Origin: a virus
DNA length: 64,000 nucleotides
Virus record (IMG/VR): IMGVR_UViG_3300012005_000003
Span: 37,401 to 101,400 of that record
Strand: one strand, 5' to 3'
Part shown: positions 1 to 10,636 of the stretch, one piece after another
Layout: each line of letters begins with the position of its first letter
Numbering within the stretch: the stretch's first letter is position 1
Translations under genes and position numbers: made by a program
Notes under the pieces: generated by a model
What the model saw: only the letters and a program-made list of their open reading frames with translations
Told to the model about the DNA's origin: nothing
The model's database searches: none

Positions 1-3000
1 GTATGTTCAATTGCCAAACATCAGGAGATAGACCAGACATTGTTGAAAAATCCAAATTTATATTATACAATCCTGACGGATTGATAGGTTGCAGATATCC
101 TTCTGCTGTGAATGTCACAGGATCCAATATTTCATTATCTTTGATACATCTATCATAAATACCACTGTGCATCACATTTATATTGACTGATGTATCAGCT
201 CTACCTGTGATATCCAAGATCTTTGTAGATTGTGGAATGACATTCTCCTGTATCCATTTTTTCAAACCTGATAATTTTACAATGGCTTCATCCAAACTGT
301 AAGCTTGTATATTATTGCCATCTACATCTGTTATCCTGTAAGTGAGATTGAACAGTTTAGTTTTTTCAAAATTCTTGTTTGGAAGAGTGTTCTTGATATA
401 ATCCTTTTCGTTCCAACCAGGAATACTATTGTCGAAAATATCAGGAATTTCCATCTTCTGTAATTTTTTATAATTTGCAGAATTTGGATTTATATTTCTG
501 TAATATTCATATAATTCTAAATCGTTGTATCCAAAATAATTGATCGCGTTCACTAAAGCTCTGTAAGCTCCGACATAGTTGAAAATCTCAGGCTGTACCT
601 GTAACATCTCTTTTCTTTTTCTGTTCAGATATATCCAATCTATACCATTCTCGATTATATCATACTGTTTGAATATGTAAACATCTCTGTGTTTTATATT
701 ATGCCCAACATTATCTAACTGGATTCTAAATCTGGCATCTTCTATCTCAGTCTGTCCATAAAGATTAACTCTGATGAACTCTTTTGGTTCTACTTTTATT
801 GTCACTGTCATACCAGTAGGTATAGTATTGAACGGTGGTAACGGATTGGTTATACTTGTTAAACTTGATTCTGTAGATAACACAGACTCATCAAAGAAAT
901 CTAATATTATCGCATTTGTATATACATTCTTTATCAAGAATTTCTTACCATTGTTCAAAAATTTGGCCTGGTTTGTAGAATTAGTGTTATCGTAACCATA
1001 CAAACTGATTATTTGTCCAGCTCTAAAATTATAATTTGTGAAAAATATAGTACTGCTGATTATGTTTATGCTCATATCCTCAGCATTGAAATTTATAATG
1101 TCTGCTGGTGAAGATGGATTAGTAGTTATAGTTAATGAAATATCTTCTATCATTTCTCCTATCACAACATTATTTTTTACACCTTCATCCTGGGCATTGA
1201 AACCCAAAAATGTCTGAAAAGGTTCTGGTTCGAATGTTAAATCTGTCGTAGAATCTACTTTATCAAGATTATAAATAAGTTCTGGAAATACAGTCTGTTG
1301 GTATTTAGGTATACTCACTCTGGATAAATCAGTATTTGGAATTTTATTTAAAACAAGCCTGTTGTTTGCATCATTTTCATTCGTTACATCCATCAAAGGT
1401 AACATGCCAGTATAAGCAAAAGGTCCACTTGTTGCCAGATTCTTACCTGAGAAATCATAAAAGAATATTTCAGGTGTAGTATCATCCAACCATCTAAATC
1501 TGTATTTTGTAGTTGTGTCTAAATCGAAACCAAATCTTGGTTGTCGTATGAATTCTCTCGTCTGTAAAACAAGCACAGAAGTGAGATCTTGCCAAAAAGG
1601 TCCTTGGTAAGACAATGTCAAATTAGTAGGATCTAATCCGATTATGTTATACTCTTGATTATTTAACGGAAATGTAGAACCTTTGATATGTGTAATCATA
1701 GCAGTTGCAAAACCTTTAGTTTGAAGATCTACTGATAGATTAGTATTAGATATTTGATTAGAAGCGATGATTATACCAGTGTTGCCATATTTTTTATAGT
1801 TGACTGAATAGTTATCATTTCTATCGTATGTAAATTGGTGTCCTGTATAAACATTGTAACGAAGTCCATCCAGTATAGTTTGATTTATAGTGCTGAATGA
1901 TAATGTAGATCCAGAAGATTTCACTATAATTCCAGAAGATAGAAGCTCATACATATAAGTGTTTTTCCAATTCAAAACGGTGTTTGATATAGATGTATCA
2001 AAAGGAACACTATACGTAATATCGTTTATCACCATACTGAGAACTGTAAATAAAGGATTAGTATTAAAAGTGATCACAGAATGTTCAAACTCGTAAGCTG
2101 CTGTAGATCCTAACAATATTTCTACATCTATCAACATGTTAGGATATGAACTTTTTACAGTCAATGTATTAGTTACAGATGTAACAACGATACCCAATTT
2201 CAACAATGTTGTTGCATGAGTAGTGATCCAATCAGCCAATGTTATAGTATCGTTTGTATCGAATGGTATACCATATTGTAAGCCATTTATAGTGATATGC
2301 AATCCGAAAGAATCTATACCGGTGAACAGTATATTATATTCAAAATTCTCAGAAATATAATTCGAATCATGTTTTATGTTGAATAACGGAGATTCATATG
2401 GAGTATAAAATGATGCAAATTCTGTATTAATCTGTTCTGATACATTCATCATATACACAGGAATAGGCATATTTGTTCCATCTATAACAGTTACAATGTT
2501 TCCAACATTCGCAGTCCAAAACAAATCTATAGCATTGTGAGTATGTCTGCTTCTGCATACAATTGTAGAAAGAGCTTCTGAATATTCTAATAATAGATTC
2601 AGTTTATAGAAAGCATTGTAATTATTTCTAACGAAAGCTACCATCGTATTTACATCAGATATGCTCCAGAATTGTTTGAACAGAAATTCTGTAGTCGTCA
2701 AAAACATAGATCCATTTCCAGAAGTTGTCTCTGAAATAGGTGTTTGTGTTATGTAAACAGACGTCAATGTTTTTGTCCAATCTGTAGTAGAACTATCTGG
2801 TAATATTCCTGTATTAGTGGTCAAAGATCTATAGTATGTTCCTCTGTACAATATTATATTATCAGGTCTGTATATTACATTTGAATCATAATCTTTATTA
2901 TACACTTGCCAATAGCCAGGACTATTTGATGGTTGTTTGCCGGTGTTTCCGGCAAACATACTGATGTATAATACATTAAAATATTCAACAACTTCATATT

Positions 3001-3952
3001 GTGCATATATCGCAGCAGCGTTATAATATGGATATGCTAAAGATGTTACTTCAAATGTTATATTGTAGTTTAAACTTGTCTGATCATCTATCACAAATTG
3101 GCTTCCTACTGTTAATACATCAGGTGCAGATGTGAATTTTATACTCTTTCTATCAGAATCTATGATCACTGATTCACTACTGACGAATATTCTATCCATT
3201 CGAAATACAACCTTGGCTTGTATGTAATGTTGGCTATTTGACATACCAGCAGTAGTCAGTAAAGATGGATCCAGATCATGTGTTTCCAGAGTTTTTCCAG
3301 AAATGAGTTTATCTATTGTGTAAACACCATCATTCTTAGCACTGTTTATTATTGTTATCTTTCTGCCTGTGTATAGACTTGATTCGAATCCAGGTTGAGA
3401 GTAAACAGGAAGATTGTAATGATCGTTCACTTGAATTATGTTCAAAGATGTGATGGTTCCTGTTACAGGAACATCGACATACGTTTGATTATCAGTAATA
3501 GTGATGATCATGATTGCATTATTCTTCACTGATGCAACCGTAAATGTACTGATAGGGCTTATAGTAGGTTCAAATTCTGTATTTCCAGTTCCGGTGAAAT
3601 ATATTTCAGTTCCTACGGGGTATAAAGTGTTGATCTTGTCTCCGTATACCCATTTAGAGTAGAAATTTGGAGCATTGTTCACTTTTGAAATACTAGCAAA
3701 ACCAGAAGTTCTTGTATAGGCTTTAAATTCTAAACCTTTATCATTGAATAGTTGAAATTTTACTAGATCTAGATCGTTAGCTTGCGAGTATTCAAAAGCT
3801 GGAATTCTTTCAAAGGTGTTGATAACCAACGTTTTGAAAGTGTCACTGGAGTTCTGATCAAAGAACATCTTGCCTTCATATCTATCTTCTATATCGTTAT
3901 GTTTAAAATTGAGAGCATAGCCCTCTTTATCAAAGAAAATAAGATTTTTCAC
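1..3952 (-). CDS. Large virion structural protein, probably baseplate wedge-like (>1300 aa, 3' end outside window)
   Basis: Minus-strand ORF not in the track (no stop in window). GTG start at 3952: MKNLIFFDKEGYALNF... Ser/Thr/Asn-rich, beta-like body. Distal part KRKEMLQVQPEIFNYVGAYRALVNAINYFGY...LKKWIQENVIP is reminiscent of baseplate wedge/P2 gpI-like domains. Continuity only spot-checked. Confidence 0.55.
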   Translation of the reverse strand, partial: MKNLIFFDKEGYALNFKHNDIEDRYEGKMFFDQNSSDTFKTLVINTFERIPAFEYSQANDLDLVKFQLFNDKGLEFKAYTRTSGFASISKVNNAPNFYSKWVYGDKINTLYPVGTEIYFTGTGNTEFEPTISPISTFTVASVKNNAIMIITITDNQTYVDVPVTGTITSLNIIQVNDHYNLPVYSQPGFESSLYTGRKITIINSAKNDGVYTIDKLISGKTLETHDLDPSLLTTAGMSNSQHYIQAKVVFRMDRIFVSSESVIIDSDRKSIKFTSAPDVLTVGSQFVIDDQTSLNYNITFEVTSLAYPYYNAAAIYAQYEVVEYFNVLYISMFAGNTGKQPSNSPGYWQVYNKDYDSNVIYRPDNIILYRGTYYRSLTTNTGILPDSSTTDWTKTLTSVYITQTPISETTSGNGSMFLTTTEFLFKQFWSISDVNTMVAFVRNNYNAFYKLNLLLEYSEALSTIVCRSRHTHNAIDLFWTANVGNIVTVIDGTNMPIPVYMMNVSEQINTEFASFYTPYESPLFNIKHDSNYISENFEYNILFTGIDSFGLHITINGLQYGIPFDTNDTITLADWITTHATTLLKLGIVVTSVTNTLTVKSSYPNMLIDVEILLGSTAAYEFEHSVITFNTNPLFTVLSMVINDITYSVPFDTSISNTVLNWKNTYMYELLSSGIIVKSSGSTLSFSTINQTILDGLRYNVYTGHQFTYDRNDNYSVNYKKYGNTGIIIASNQISNTNLSVDLQTKGFATAMITHIKGSTFPLNNQEYNIIGLDPTNLTLSYQGPFWQDLTSVLVLQTREFIRQPRFGFDLDTTTKYRFRWLDDTTPEIFFYDFSGKNLATSGPFAYTGMLPLMDVTNENDANNRLVLNKIPNTDLSRVSIPKYQQTVFPELIYNLDKVDSTTDLTFEPEPFQTFLGFNAQDEGVKNNVVIGEMIEDISLTITTNPSSPADIINFNAEDMSINIISSTIFFTNYNFRAGQIISLYGYDNTNSTNQAKFLNNGKKFLIKNVYTNAIILDFFDESVLSTESSLTSITNPLPPFNTIPTGMTVTIKVEPKEFIRVNLYGQTEIEDARFRIQLDNVGHNIKHRDVYIFKQYDIIENGIDWIYLNRKRKEMLQVQPEIFNYVGAYRALVNAINYFGYNDLELYEYYRNINPNSANYKKLQKMEIPDIFDNSIPGWNEKDYIKNTLPNKNFEKTKLFNLTYRITDVDGNNIQAYSLDEAIVKLSGLKKWIQENVIPQSTKILDITGRADTSVNINVMHSGIYDRCIKDNEILDPVTFTAEGYLQPINPSGLYNINLDFSTMSGLSPDVWQLNI

Positions 3953-3999
3953 CCAGTGTCAATTGTTTATTGAACTATATATTGGAAAACTGCCGAACA

Positions 4000-4215
4000 C
4001 TAGCAGTCGTAAACATACCTCTTGCTGATTATCAAAGTCTTGGATTGAAAGTTTTTTATTTCAATATCTCCGTCATTGTCAACTTTAAATTGATTTGTTT
4101 CCAATTTTTTACCTGCCAAGGATTTAACAAAAGCTTTATCTTCTTTTGATAGTTTTCCATACCATTCCGACTTAACGATATTGCTGGCTATGAGTTTTTT
4201 GATTTCTTGTTCCAT
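4000..4215 (-). CDS. Hypothetical protein
   Basis: 71-aa ORF directly upstream of the large structural gene. Confidence 0.6.
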   Translation of the reverse strand: MEQEIKKLIASNIVKSEWYGKLSKEDKAFVKSLAGKKLETNQFKVDNDGDIEIKNFQSKTLIISKRYVYDC

Positions 4216-4260
4216 GCTGTTTATATGATATTTTGTTCAATATGTTTAAATATATAGATC

Positions 4261-4722
4261 ATGATAACAAACTTTAAACAATTTAATGAAAATCTGTTGG
4301 TTCCACGCAACCTGGAAGGGCGCAATGAGAAGCTCAAGCAGATTAACATCAAGCTGCTTTCTCAGGAAGTGATAGATGATAATTTAGAACTTGATGAGTC
4401 ATTCATGGACATAGATCCTAAATTCGTGAAACTGAAAAAAATAAATGGCACTGTTACATTAACAGGAAATCATTGGACCGAAATTCCTGAATGGTTAAAA
4501 GATGTGAAAATAAGTGGAATTTTTGATTGTTCAGATAATAAGTTAACAACTTTAAAAAATTGTCCTCAGGATATAGGAGGAAGTTTTTGGTGTGCGTTCA
4601 ACAAATTAACATCTCTTGAAGGATGTCCTAAAATATTAAAAAAATCTATCCATTGTTTTGACAATAAAGTTAAATTAAAACTTCCAGATTATGTTGATTT
4701 AAGAGGTAATATTTACAATTAA
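4261..4722 (+). CDS. LRR paralog 1 with capsid-targeting-like leader (3 FxCxxN repeats)
   Basis: MITNFKQFNENLLVPRN start; 22-aa repeats GGxFxCxxNxLTSLEGCP; close paralog of 49939, 50420 C-terminus, 59855 and 61216. Confidence 0.85.
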   Translation: MITNFKQFNENLLVPRNLEGRNEKLKQINIKLLSQEVIDDNLELDESFMDIDPKFVKLKKINGTVTLTGNHWTEIPEWLKDVKISGIFDCSDNKLTTLKNCPQDIGGSFWCAFNKLTSLEGCPKILKKSIHCFDNKVKLKLPDYVDLRGNIYN

Positions 4723-4725
4723 AAT

Positions 4726-5448
4726 TTAATCTTCATCTGAAGATTCTCCGTTTTCCATTTCTTCTTCACTCTGAACTGGTTCTATGAAATCTCCTTGCTC
4801 TCTTTGTAACATCTCGGCTTTATCAGAAGCGTCTTCTTTCTCTTGTTGTCTTTTAATATTTCTATCTTTGACAAATTCATCCAACATATTATTCATTTCT
4901 TTCATGTTCAAGATGTTAGTCTTGTCTTGTTCTGTTACATCTTCAGGAGTCATGATGGCCATGAACATCTCTTTCATAGATCTGTAGTTATTCTCTATTT
5001 CCTTAAATTTTATAGATAGAGATTTTATATTATCTCGCATATCCTTCTGCAGATTTCCTACAACTTCTATCATACGAGCACTATCATCACCATTATCGAG
5101 TTTAGTCATTCCTGATACGTATAATCTTTTGGATTGTTCAACCATGAATTTCAAATATGCATAACCTTCGATGTCTTCTTCCATCTTATCGATCACCAAT
5201 TGGTTTTTCAATGCCTCTTCACCCAGATGCATCTTCACTACTTCGACTATCATAGATCTTGATTTTCCTATGTATTTTTCAAGATCACTTTCGTAATCGT
5301 AAACTTGAACATTGTCGCCCAATCCTGGTATATCATCAGCAGTAGGAAAAAACTCTTTAGGATCAGTTTTCACTGAATTTATGACTAGTTCATAGTCGTC
5401 CATGAGATCTTTTTTCTTCTTTTGGTTTTCTGTTGGTTCTTTTGGCAT
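4726..5448 (-). CDS. Possible terminase small subunit (gp16-like)
   Basis: Helical protein; DSARMIEVVGNLQKDM resembles the T4 gp16 SPRHMEVFATLM segment; ATATATA box upstream. Confidence 0.45.
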   Translation of the reverse strand: MPKEPTENQKKKKDLMDDYELVINSVKTDPKEFFPTADDIPGLGDNVQVYDYESDLEKYIGKSRSMIVEVVKMHLGEEALKNQLVIDKMEEDIEGYAYLKFMVEQSKRLYVSGMTKLDNGDDSARMIEVVGNLQKDMRDNIKSLSIKFKEIENNYRSMKEMFMAIMTPEDVTEQDKTNILNMKEMNNMLDEFVKDRNIKRQQEKEDASDKAEMLQREQGDFIEPVQSEEEMENGESSDED

Positions 5449-5470
5449 ATTGCTATATATCTAGTTTGAT

Positions 5471-5800
5471 CTAAACAGGCTGATAGTCGAAAGAAGAGTC
5501 CATCTTCTTGAGCATTGCAAATTTCTTGATTAGTTCTTTCTTTATGTTTGGAAGTTTCAATCTTTCAATAAAAGACAAATCCCATTTGATATTACCGTTA
5601 TCGCCAAATCTACAAATAGATTTTCCAAAAGTTCTTCCTGGATCTTTTTCTTCCGAATCATAAACTGTTACAGATCCAAGGTGTCCAACACACTTCATGC
5701 CGTGTTTCGATAGCTCTGAAGCGAGTTCTATCAATCTCTGAGCCATGAAATCATTTCTTCTTTCATTGATAAATGTTTCATAGGTCTTAATAGTTTTCAT
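5471..5800 (-). CDS. Leader-tagged putative internal virion protein
   Basis: N-terminus MKTIKTYETFINE (compare T4 CTS MKTYQEFIAE). Confidence 0.75.
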   Translation of the reverse strand: MKTIKTYETFINERRNDFMAQRLIELASELSKHGMKCVGHLGSVTVYDSEEKDPGRTFGKSICRFGDNGNIKWDLSFIERLKLPNIKKELIKKFAMLKKMDSSFDYQPV

Positions 5801-5804
5801 ATGC

Positions 5805-5814
5805 TTATATATAA
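5805..5814. promoter_or_regulatory. Palindromic TTATATATAA late-promoter-like box between two divergent leader-tagged genes
   Basis: Lies in the 33-bp gap between divergent starts at 5800 (-) and 5834 (+). Confidence 0.55.
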
Positions 5815-5833
5815 TTCAAATAGGTTTATCATC

Positions 5834-6445
5834 ATGATCCATAATTTCAAACAGTTTCTTAACAAAATATACGAAGGCTACCAAGTTCCAAACGATGGTA
5901 GAAAATATAAATCTCTTTCTAGCGATGATATGAAAAAGATTGCAAGTAGAAGATTATCAGATTCTGATATGAAACATCCTAGTCATGATATTGAAACAGC
6001 AGAAGTTGAAAAGGCTCCAAAGCTTAAAACAATGCCAGGATTCAGAAGACTCATGTATAAGGATGCGGATCCTAAAAATATCAATGCAATCGCTTATGGT
6101 CCACTTGATATAGTTTTTGAACTAGATTTGGAAAACATACCAGTTTATTCTGAATATCTAGAATCAAAACATAAAAACAAAAATGGATATGGCATAGGAA
6201 AGGCTTTATATTATGGATGGTCAGCAGATCAATACAGTGATCAGCCTTATTTCTTTGTGACTTTATCTATAAACGATTCTAATGACAAACCAGCAGCAAA
6301 CTTCATTCCTGATGTTCCTGTAGACGAACATGAAATGTATGATCTTGTCTGGCAATTACTGGATGCGATAGATGATGTTAAAAGTGACAAAGAAGAATTA
6401 CTCAATCCTATATATGTTACTAGCGGTAGACTAACCGATAAATAG
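5834..6445 (+). CDS. Leader-tagged putative internal virion protein (start revised to 5834)
   Basis: MIHNFKQFLNKIYE at 5834. Confidence 0.7.
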   Translation: MIHNFKQFLNKIYEGYQVPNDGRKYKSLSSDDMKKIASRRLSDSDMKHPSHDIETAEVEKAPKLKTMPGFRRLMYKDADPKNINAIAYGPLDIVFELDLENIPVYSEYLESKHKNKNGYGIGKALYYGWSADQYSDQPYFFVTLSINDSNDKPAANFIPDVPVDEHEMYDLVWQLLDAIDDVKSDKEELLNPIYVTSGRLTDK

Positions 6446-6499
6446 AACATCAAGAGAGAACAATTTTTAATTGATGAATGTTTTTAGTATTTTTGCTAC

Positions 6500-6853
6500 A
6501 TGAAAAATAAAACAGAATTTAATGCTGAGCTTTCAACTCTGATGGAAAAATACAACATAGGATTAAGTGTAATGGTGACTGAGTTTAAAGAAGGAAACAA
6601 TACAGTCATGTCAACTTCAGTATTCGATACAGTAAAAAATAAATCTCGCAGGAACAAACTACTAAAAGAAGTTTCGGATCTTTTCCAGAAAACTGGTTTG
6701 GATTATTCTAAAATCAAGAATATTAATGATGTTTTAGAATCTGCAAAATTAGAATTAGAGATGTTAACACTAATCAGAGATATTAAAGAAGTTGCAATAT
6801 CAGAAAATGTTAAGAAGAAACTGAAATCTATAAGATCAAACAAAAAGATATAA
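6500..6853 (+). CDS. Hypothetical protein
   Basis: ORF preceded by TATTTTTG (6488-6495), a Bacteroidota -7-like box. Confidence 0.65.
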   Translation: MKNKTEFNAELSTLMEKYNIGLSVMVTEFKEGNNTVMSTSVFDTVKNKSRRNKLLKEVSDLFQKTGLDYSKIKNINDVLESAKLELEMLTLIRDIKEVAISENVKKKLKSIRSNKKI

Positions 6854-7178
6854 AATTAAATTCAGTTATGAAGCTATAATCAGTTACTTAATATTATACT
6901 CGATATTTTGAAAGTTAAAAAACTTAAATCAATTGAATAATAGAAAAATATTTAGTAGTAACAGGAAATGAACAAGGTGTAGAATTGGATGATATTATTC
7001 CTTTTGAATGGTTAGATAAAGCTGAAGATTTATTTACAATATATCTAGGTGAATATGGATGTACTGCAATGTATAAAATTTGTCTTGATAAAATGATTTT
7101 AGTTAAAAACAACATAATTTTTAAAAAACATGATCTGGAATATTAAAATAAAAGAATATTACACTAAAACTGTAAGTA

Positions 7179-7490
7179 ATGAAAAATAAATGCATAGAAG
7201 GATATGATTATCCAAAAAAGATCATTTTAGAACTAATCAGAACCTTTGGTTTTTATGTCGATGTAGACAAATGGGAAGATAAAGATAAAGAATATCTGAG
7301 GATTAAATCTAAGGAATATGAAGAAGTTAATATAATTCTTTATAGAGATTCTCTTGAGGTGCAAGTTCATCAAGAAAGAGAATATCTTGAAGATTTGTTC
7401 AGAAAATCTTTAATGAGCATTGGAGAAATCGAATTTAAAAAGAAGCTTCAGAACCTAATGTCAATGGAATTCATGAGACATGAAGACTAA
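7179..7490 (+). CDS. Hypothetical protein
   Basis: 103-aa ORF with typical composition. Confidence 0.6.
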   Translation: MKNKCIEGYDYPKKIILELIRTFGFYVDVDKWEDKDKEYLRIKSKEYEEVNIILYRDSLEVQVHQEREYLEDLFRKSLMSIGEIEFKKKLQNLMSMEFMRHED

Positions 7491-7568
7491 AACCAATAAT
7501 GATCTTGTTTAATTTTTTTAAACAAGTTTTAATTTTTGTCATATAATAATCAAACAAATAACTCAAAC

Positions 7569-7742
7569 ATGACAAAATCAGAAATTTTCGATCAATTAGC
7601 AACACAATGGGAAGCTTTTACAGCAGCTCACAACAGTACAAAGAAGAAAGATGCAGCAGAAGCTCGTAAGGCTTTAGGAGAAATCAAAAAATTAGTTACT
7701 CCGTATCGTGCTGCTTCAGTAGAAGAGGCTAAAAAGGCTTAA
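7569..7742 (+). CDS. Histone H1-like (Hc1-type) small basic protein
   Basis: ATG at 7569; KKKDAAEARKALGEIKKLVTPYRAASV resembles Bacteroidota Hc1-like proteins; followed by a terminator. Confidence 0.6.
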   Translation: MTKSEIFDQLATQWEAFTAAHNSTKKKDAAEARKALGEIKKLVTPYRAASVEEAKKA

Positions 7743-7761
7743 TTCTTTATATAAAATATGC

Positions 7762-7794
7762 AAAAGCTCGTAGTTTGAAACTACGAGCTTTTTT
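7762..7794. terminator. Intrinsic terminator (bidirectional form)
   Basis: AAAAGCTCGTAGTTT-G-AAACTACGAGCTTTTTT. Confidence 0.85.
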
Positions 7795-7806
7795 AATATA
7801 TACAAT

Positions 7807-8352
7807 ATGAAACATATGAAACATATTAAACTTTTTGAAACATTCATTGCTGAATCCAAACAGTCATTTCCTGATATCCAGAAAGAGAAGAAGGAACTTG
7901 ACAAATTAGGAAGATATGAGATATTTGTTGGTAAACCTGAACAAGTGTCTAATTTTTTGAAAGAATGTGATCCTGACATGTTGAAATGGATCCAGGAGAT
8001 GTCTGATACACAAGTCAAAGTATATCTTTCGCCGAACAATAGATATCTTATGAGACCTATCGGAATCTTATCTTTAGAAAAAGGTTTATTGAAAGTTGAT
8101 TTAAATAAAGCAAGATTGTTAGAATCCATCAACTGGATGAGCATGGAAATACCCGCAGAATCAGAATGGGAAATAACAGATGGTAAATTCAAAGATTCCA
8201 AAGTGTATAAAATCAAGAAATTTGATAATTCTTACATTATACCTTCAGATAGAGTAAATTGGTTTAAAGAACATATTGGAACAACAGTTAGATTCAAATA
8301 CGATCCATCTGAAATGTTGATGACCAATATTCATATCAGTAAAAGAGCTTAA
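7807..8352 (+). CDS. Leader-tagged putative internal virion protein
   Basis: MKHMKHIKLFETFIAE; AATATATAC at 7795-7803. Confidence 0.8.
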   Translation: MKHMKHIKLFETFIAESKQSFPDIQKEKKELDKLGRYEIFVGKPEQVSNFLKECDPDMLKWIQEMSDTQVKVYLSPNNRYLMRPIGILSLEKGLLKVDLNKARLLESINWMSMEIPAESEWEITDGKFKDSKVYKIKKFDNSYIIPSDRVNWFKEHIGTTVRFKYDPSEMLMTNIHISKRA

Positions 8353-8600
8353 AATTATATTTTATTTAGTATCTTTTCGTATTCTTCAAATCTATGTTCT
8401 CTGATAGGTTTTATTTTTGGTTCAGTTGAAAAATGTAATAGCAGGCAAGGACTTATGTTTTTATAAGTGTCAACATATTCATAATGTTCAAGTTCTCTGT
8501 TGTTTATGCGCTGTTTTATTTTGCAGTGATAAGGATACATGTGTTGCAAATATACTAAAAATATTCAAAACTTAAACATTTTATTTGAATATTAAATACC

Positions 8601-9281
8601 ATGGACCCTATCATTTACATAGACATGGACGATACTATTGCAGATTTTAAAACTGCAAGCAGATCCAGATCCCAAAATGCCACAATGCATATTGAGAAAT
8701 TATACCCTCAGTCCAAAGTTGGTTTCTTTAAAAACCTAGAACCAATACCAGGAGCAATAGAAGGCGTAGAGAGACTCATATCAAAGGATTACGATGTTAA
8801 TTTCTTAACAAGGCCAAGTATTCATAACACACATTGTTACACCGAAAAAGCCGAATGGATCAAAAAATATTTTGGACATGATATGTTGAAAAATCTATAT
8901 TTCAGTTGTGACAAGAGCAGATTGATAGGAGATTATCTGATCGATGATCATATCAGCAACAATGATTTCAAAGGGACTTTTATCCAGTATGGAACAAAAC
9001 CTTTCTTGGATTGGAAAATAGTTACAGATTTCATCATATATCAAGAGGAAGAGATCATAGATAATGATTTCATCAGGCCTATGTACAATTCTAAAATAGA
9101 ACATCTGATCAATACAGATAATGATCATATAAGATCTTTATATAAATCATGGGGTAAAGGTGATTGTAGCACTGTGGGTTTATTGAAAATTTTATTAAAG
9201 CAACAGATCATGTTTGAAGAAACTGATTTTCATTACAATGGAGATTATAATGATATAAAAAACTTTTTAGATGGAAAATAG
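8601..9281 (+). CDS. 5'(3')-deoxyribonucleotidase (NT5C, HAD family)
   Basis: IYIDMDDTIADF motif I, EKAEWIKKYF, YLIDD. Confidence 0.85.
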   Translation: MDPIIYIDMDDTIADFKTASRSRSQNATMHIEKLYPQSKVGFFKNLEPIPGAIEGVERLISKDYDVNFLTRPSIHNTHCYTEKAEWIKKYFGHDMLKNLYFSCDKSRLIGDYLIDDHISNNDFKGTFIQYGTKPFLDWKIVTDFIIYQEEEIIDNDFIRPMYNSKIEHLINTDNDHIRSLYKSWGKGDCSTVGLLKILLKQQIMFEETDFHYNGDYNDIKNFLDGK

Positions 9282-9639
9282 ATTTTTAGAAACAAATATA
9301 GAGATTGCAGAGTTTGCTTATGTTGATAAATATAATCACAACGGAACTAAATTTTATAAATTTGATTTTACACCTGATGCTTTATTTAGAACAGCAGAAG
9401 ATTTAAAGTTTCATTGCTCATGGGATTGGATCATGCCGGTTTTAGAAAAAGCTCAACTGACTTTAATGAAAATGGGTTTAGACTGTAATGTAGTTTTAGA
9501 CAGACATGGAGCAGCAGTAAACGTTTTAGGTATCACCATTGATATAGAATATGTAGGATTAGAAAATACCAAAATAGAAACAATGTACAAATCTGTTTTA
9601 ACATTGATAAGATATATCAAGAATATAGATCAATTATAA
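9271..9639 (+). CDS. Hypothetical phage protein
   Basis: LKFHCSWDWIMPV; similar motif (LNYHKSWDQLM) in 23604..24008. Confidence 0.6.
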   Translation: MENRFLETNIEIAEFAYVDKYNHNGTKFYKFDFTPDALFRTAEDLKFHCSWDWIMPVLEKAQLTLMKMGLDCNVVLDRHGAAVNVLGITIDIEYVGLENTKIETMYKSVLTLIRYIKNIDQL

Positions 9640-9643
9640 ATTT

Positions 9644-10072
9644 TTATTTAATTATTTCTAACAAAGTCACAGGATGTATTTCTAACAGATTGTGAGTTTT
9701 GTCTACCATTAAAGAACCTGTTACTTTTATTGTATCGTTGATCTTGGGTATTATTATTTTATTGACATAGCCTTTACAGCTACATGACATTGGAAATATT
9801 GCTTTATGAGCACAGACAATTTCCAATATCAGACAACTATCCTGTTTAGAATAATTATTAGGCAATAATGTAAAATTAGTATCATTCAACTTCAATCTGA
9901 TATGATAATCTCCATCAAGTTCAGAATGTACATAAGTTACAGTTCCTGTGAATGTTGTATCTTTTATTGTGATCAATCTATCAGAATTGAATATATGATT
10001 TTTTGGAACATTTTGAGCTTTAACAACCAAAATACAAAACGTAATAATGATTATTAAAAATACTCTTTTCAT
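9644..10072 (-). CDS. Secreted/periplasmic protein, possibly OB-fold
   Basis: Signal peptide MKRVFLIIIITFCILVVKA; DGDYHI...EIHPV motifs. Confidence 0.55.
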   Translation of the reverse strand: MKRVFLIIIITFCILVVKAQNVPKNHIFNSDRLITIKDTTFTGTVTYVHSELDGDYHIRLKLNDTNFTLLPNNYSKQDSCLILEIVCAHKAIFPMSCSCKGYVNKIIIPKINDTIKVTGSLMVDKTHNLLEIHPVTLLEIIK

Positions 10073-10180
10073 ATTTTATATATGATGAGTATTTTATTTT
10101 TTACTACAAATTATGTGTAATGAACATATTGTTAATGATAAATTAACTTTAATTTAAAGTTTCAATTTTTAAAACAAAAT

Positions 10181-10636
10181 TTATTTAAACAAAGGGTTAA
10201 ATTTTGGAGTGTTATCTCCGAATATCAATTTGCTAAAATCTTCTTCGAAGACTATATTCGTTGGAACATTTCTAGCTTTGAACATATCGGCCATTTCTAA
10301 ATCTGTGTAACCGTTCAAATTTTCAGTATTGGCTCTGTAAACAATCCAGAATTCATTATCAGGATGAGCTTCAGCGTACTTATAAAGATCTTTAATTTGA
10401 CGCTTGATATAAGATATACTTACGCTGGGATGTTTTTTCTTTGTTAGATCTTTTGTCACTATGGCATATGATTGTCCTTGAGGACCTTCTGCTTGACCGT
10501 ATATCGCACCATGTTTCATTCTAGCCACAAGAGCACTCCCTTTTGAATGTCTTCCTTCTGTGTTCGATCCATACACGTAAATCTGATGAGATTTCAGAGA
10601 TCTTATCAAGCCTTGATATGTTTTTCTTTTATTCAT
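10181..10636 (-). CDS. Conserved phage protein (A1S_2505-like, macro-domain related)
   Basis: IYVYGSNTEGRHSKGSA...GQSYAIVTK motif. Confidence 0.65.
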   Translation of the reverse strand: MNKRKTYQGLIRSLKSHQIYVYGSNTEGRHSKGSALVARMKHGAIYGQAEGPQGQSYAIVTKDLTKKKHPSVSISYIKRQIKDLYKYAEAHPDNEFWIVYRANTENLNGYTDLEMADMFKARNVPTNIVFEEDFSKLIFGDNTPKFNPLFK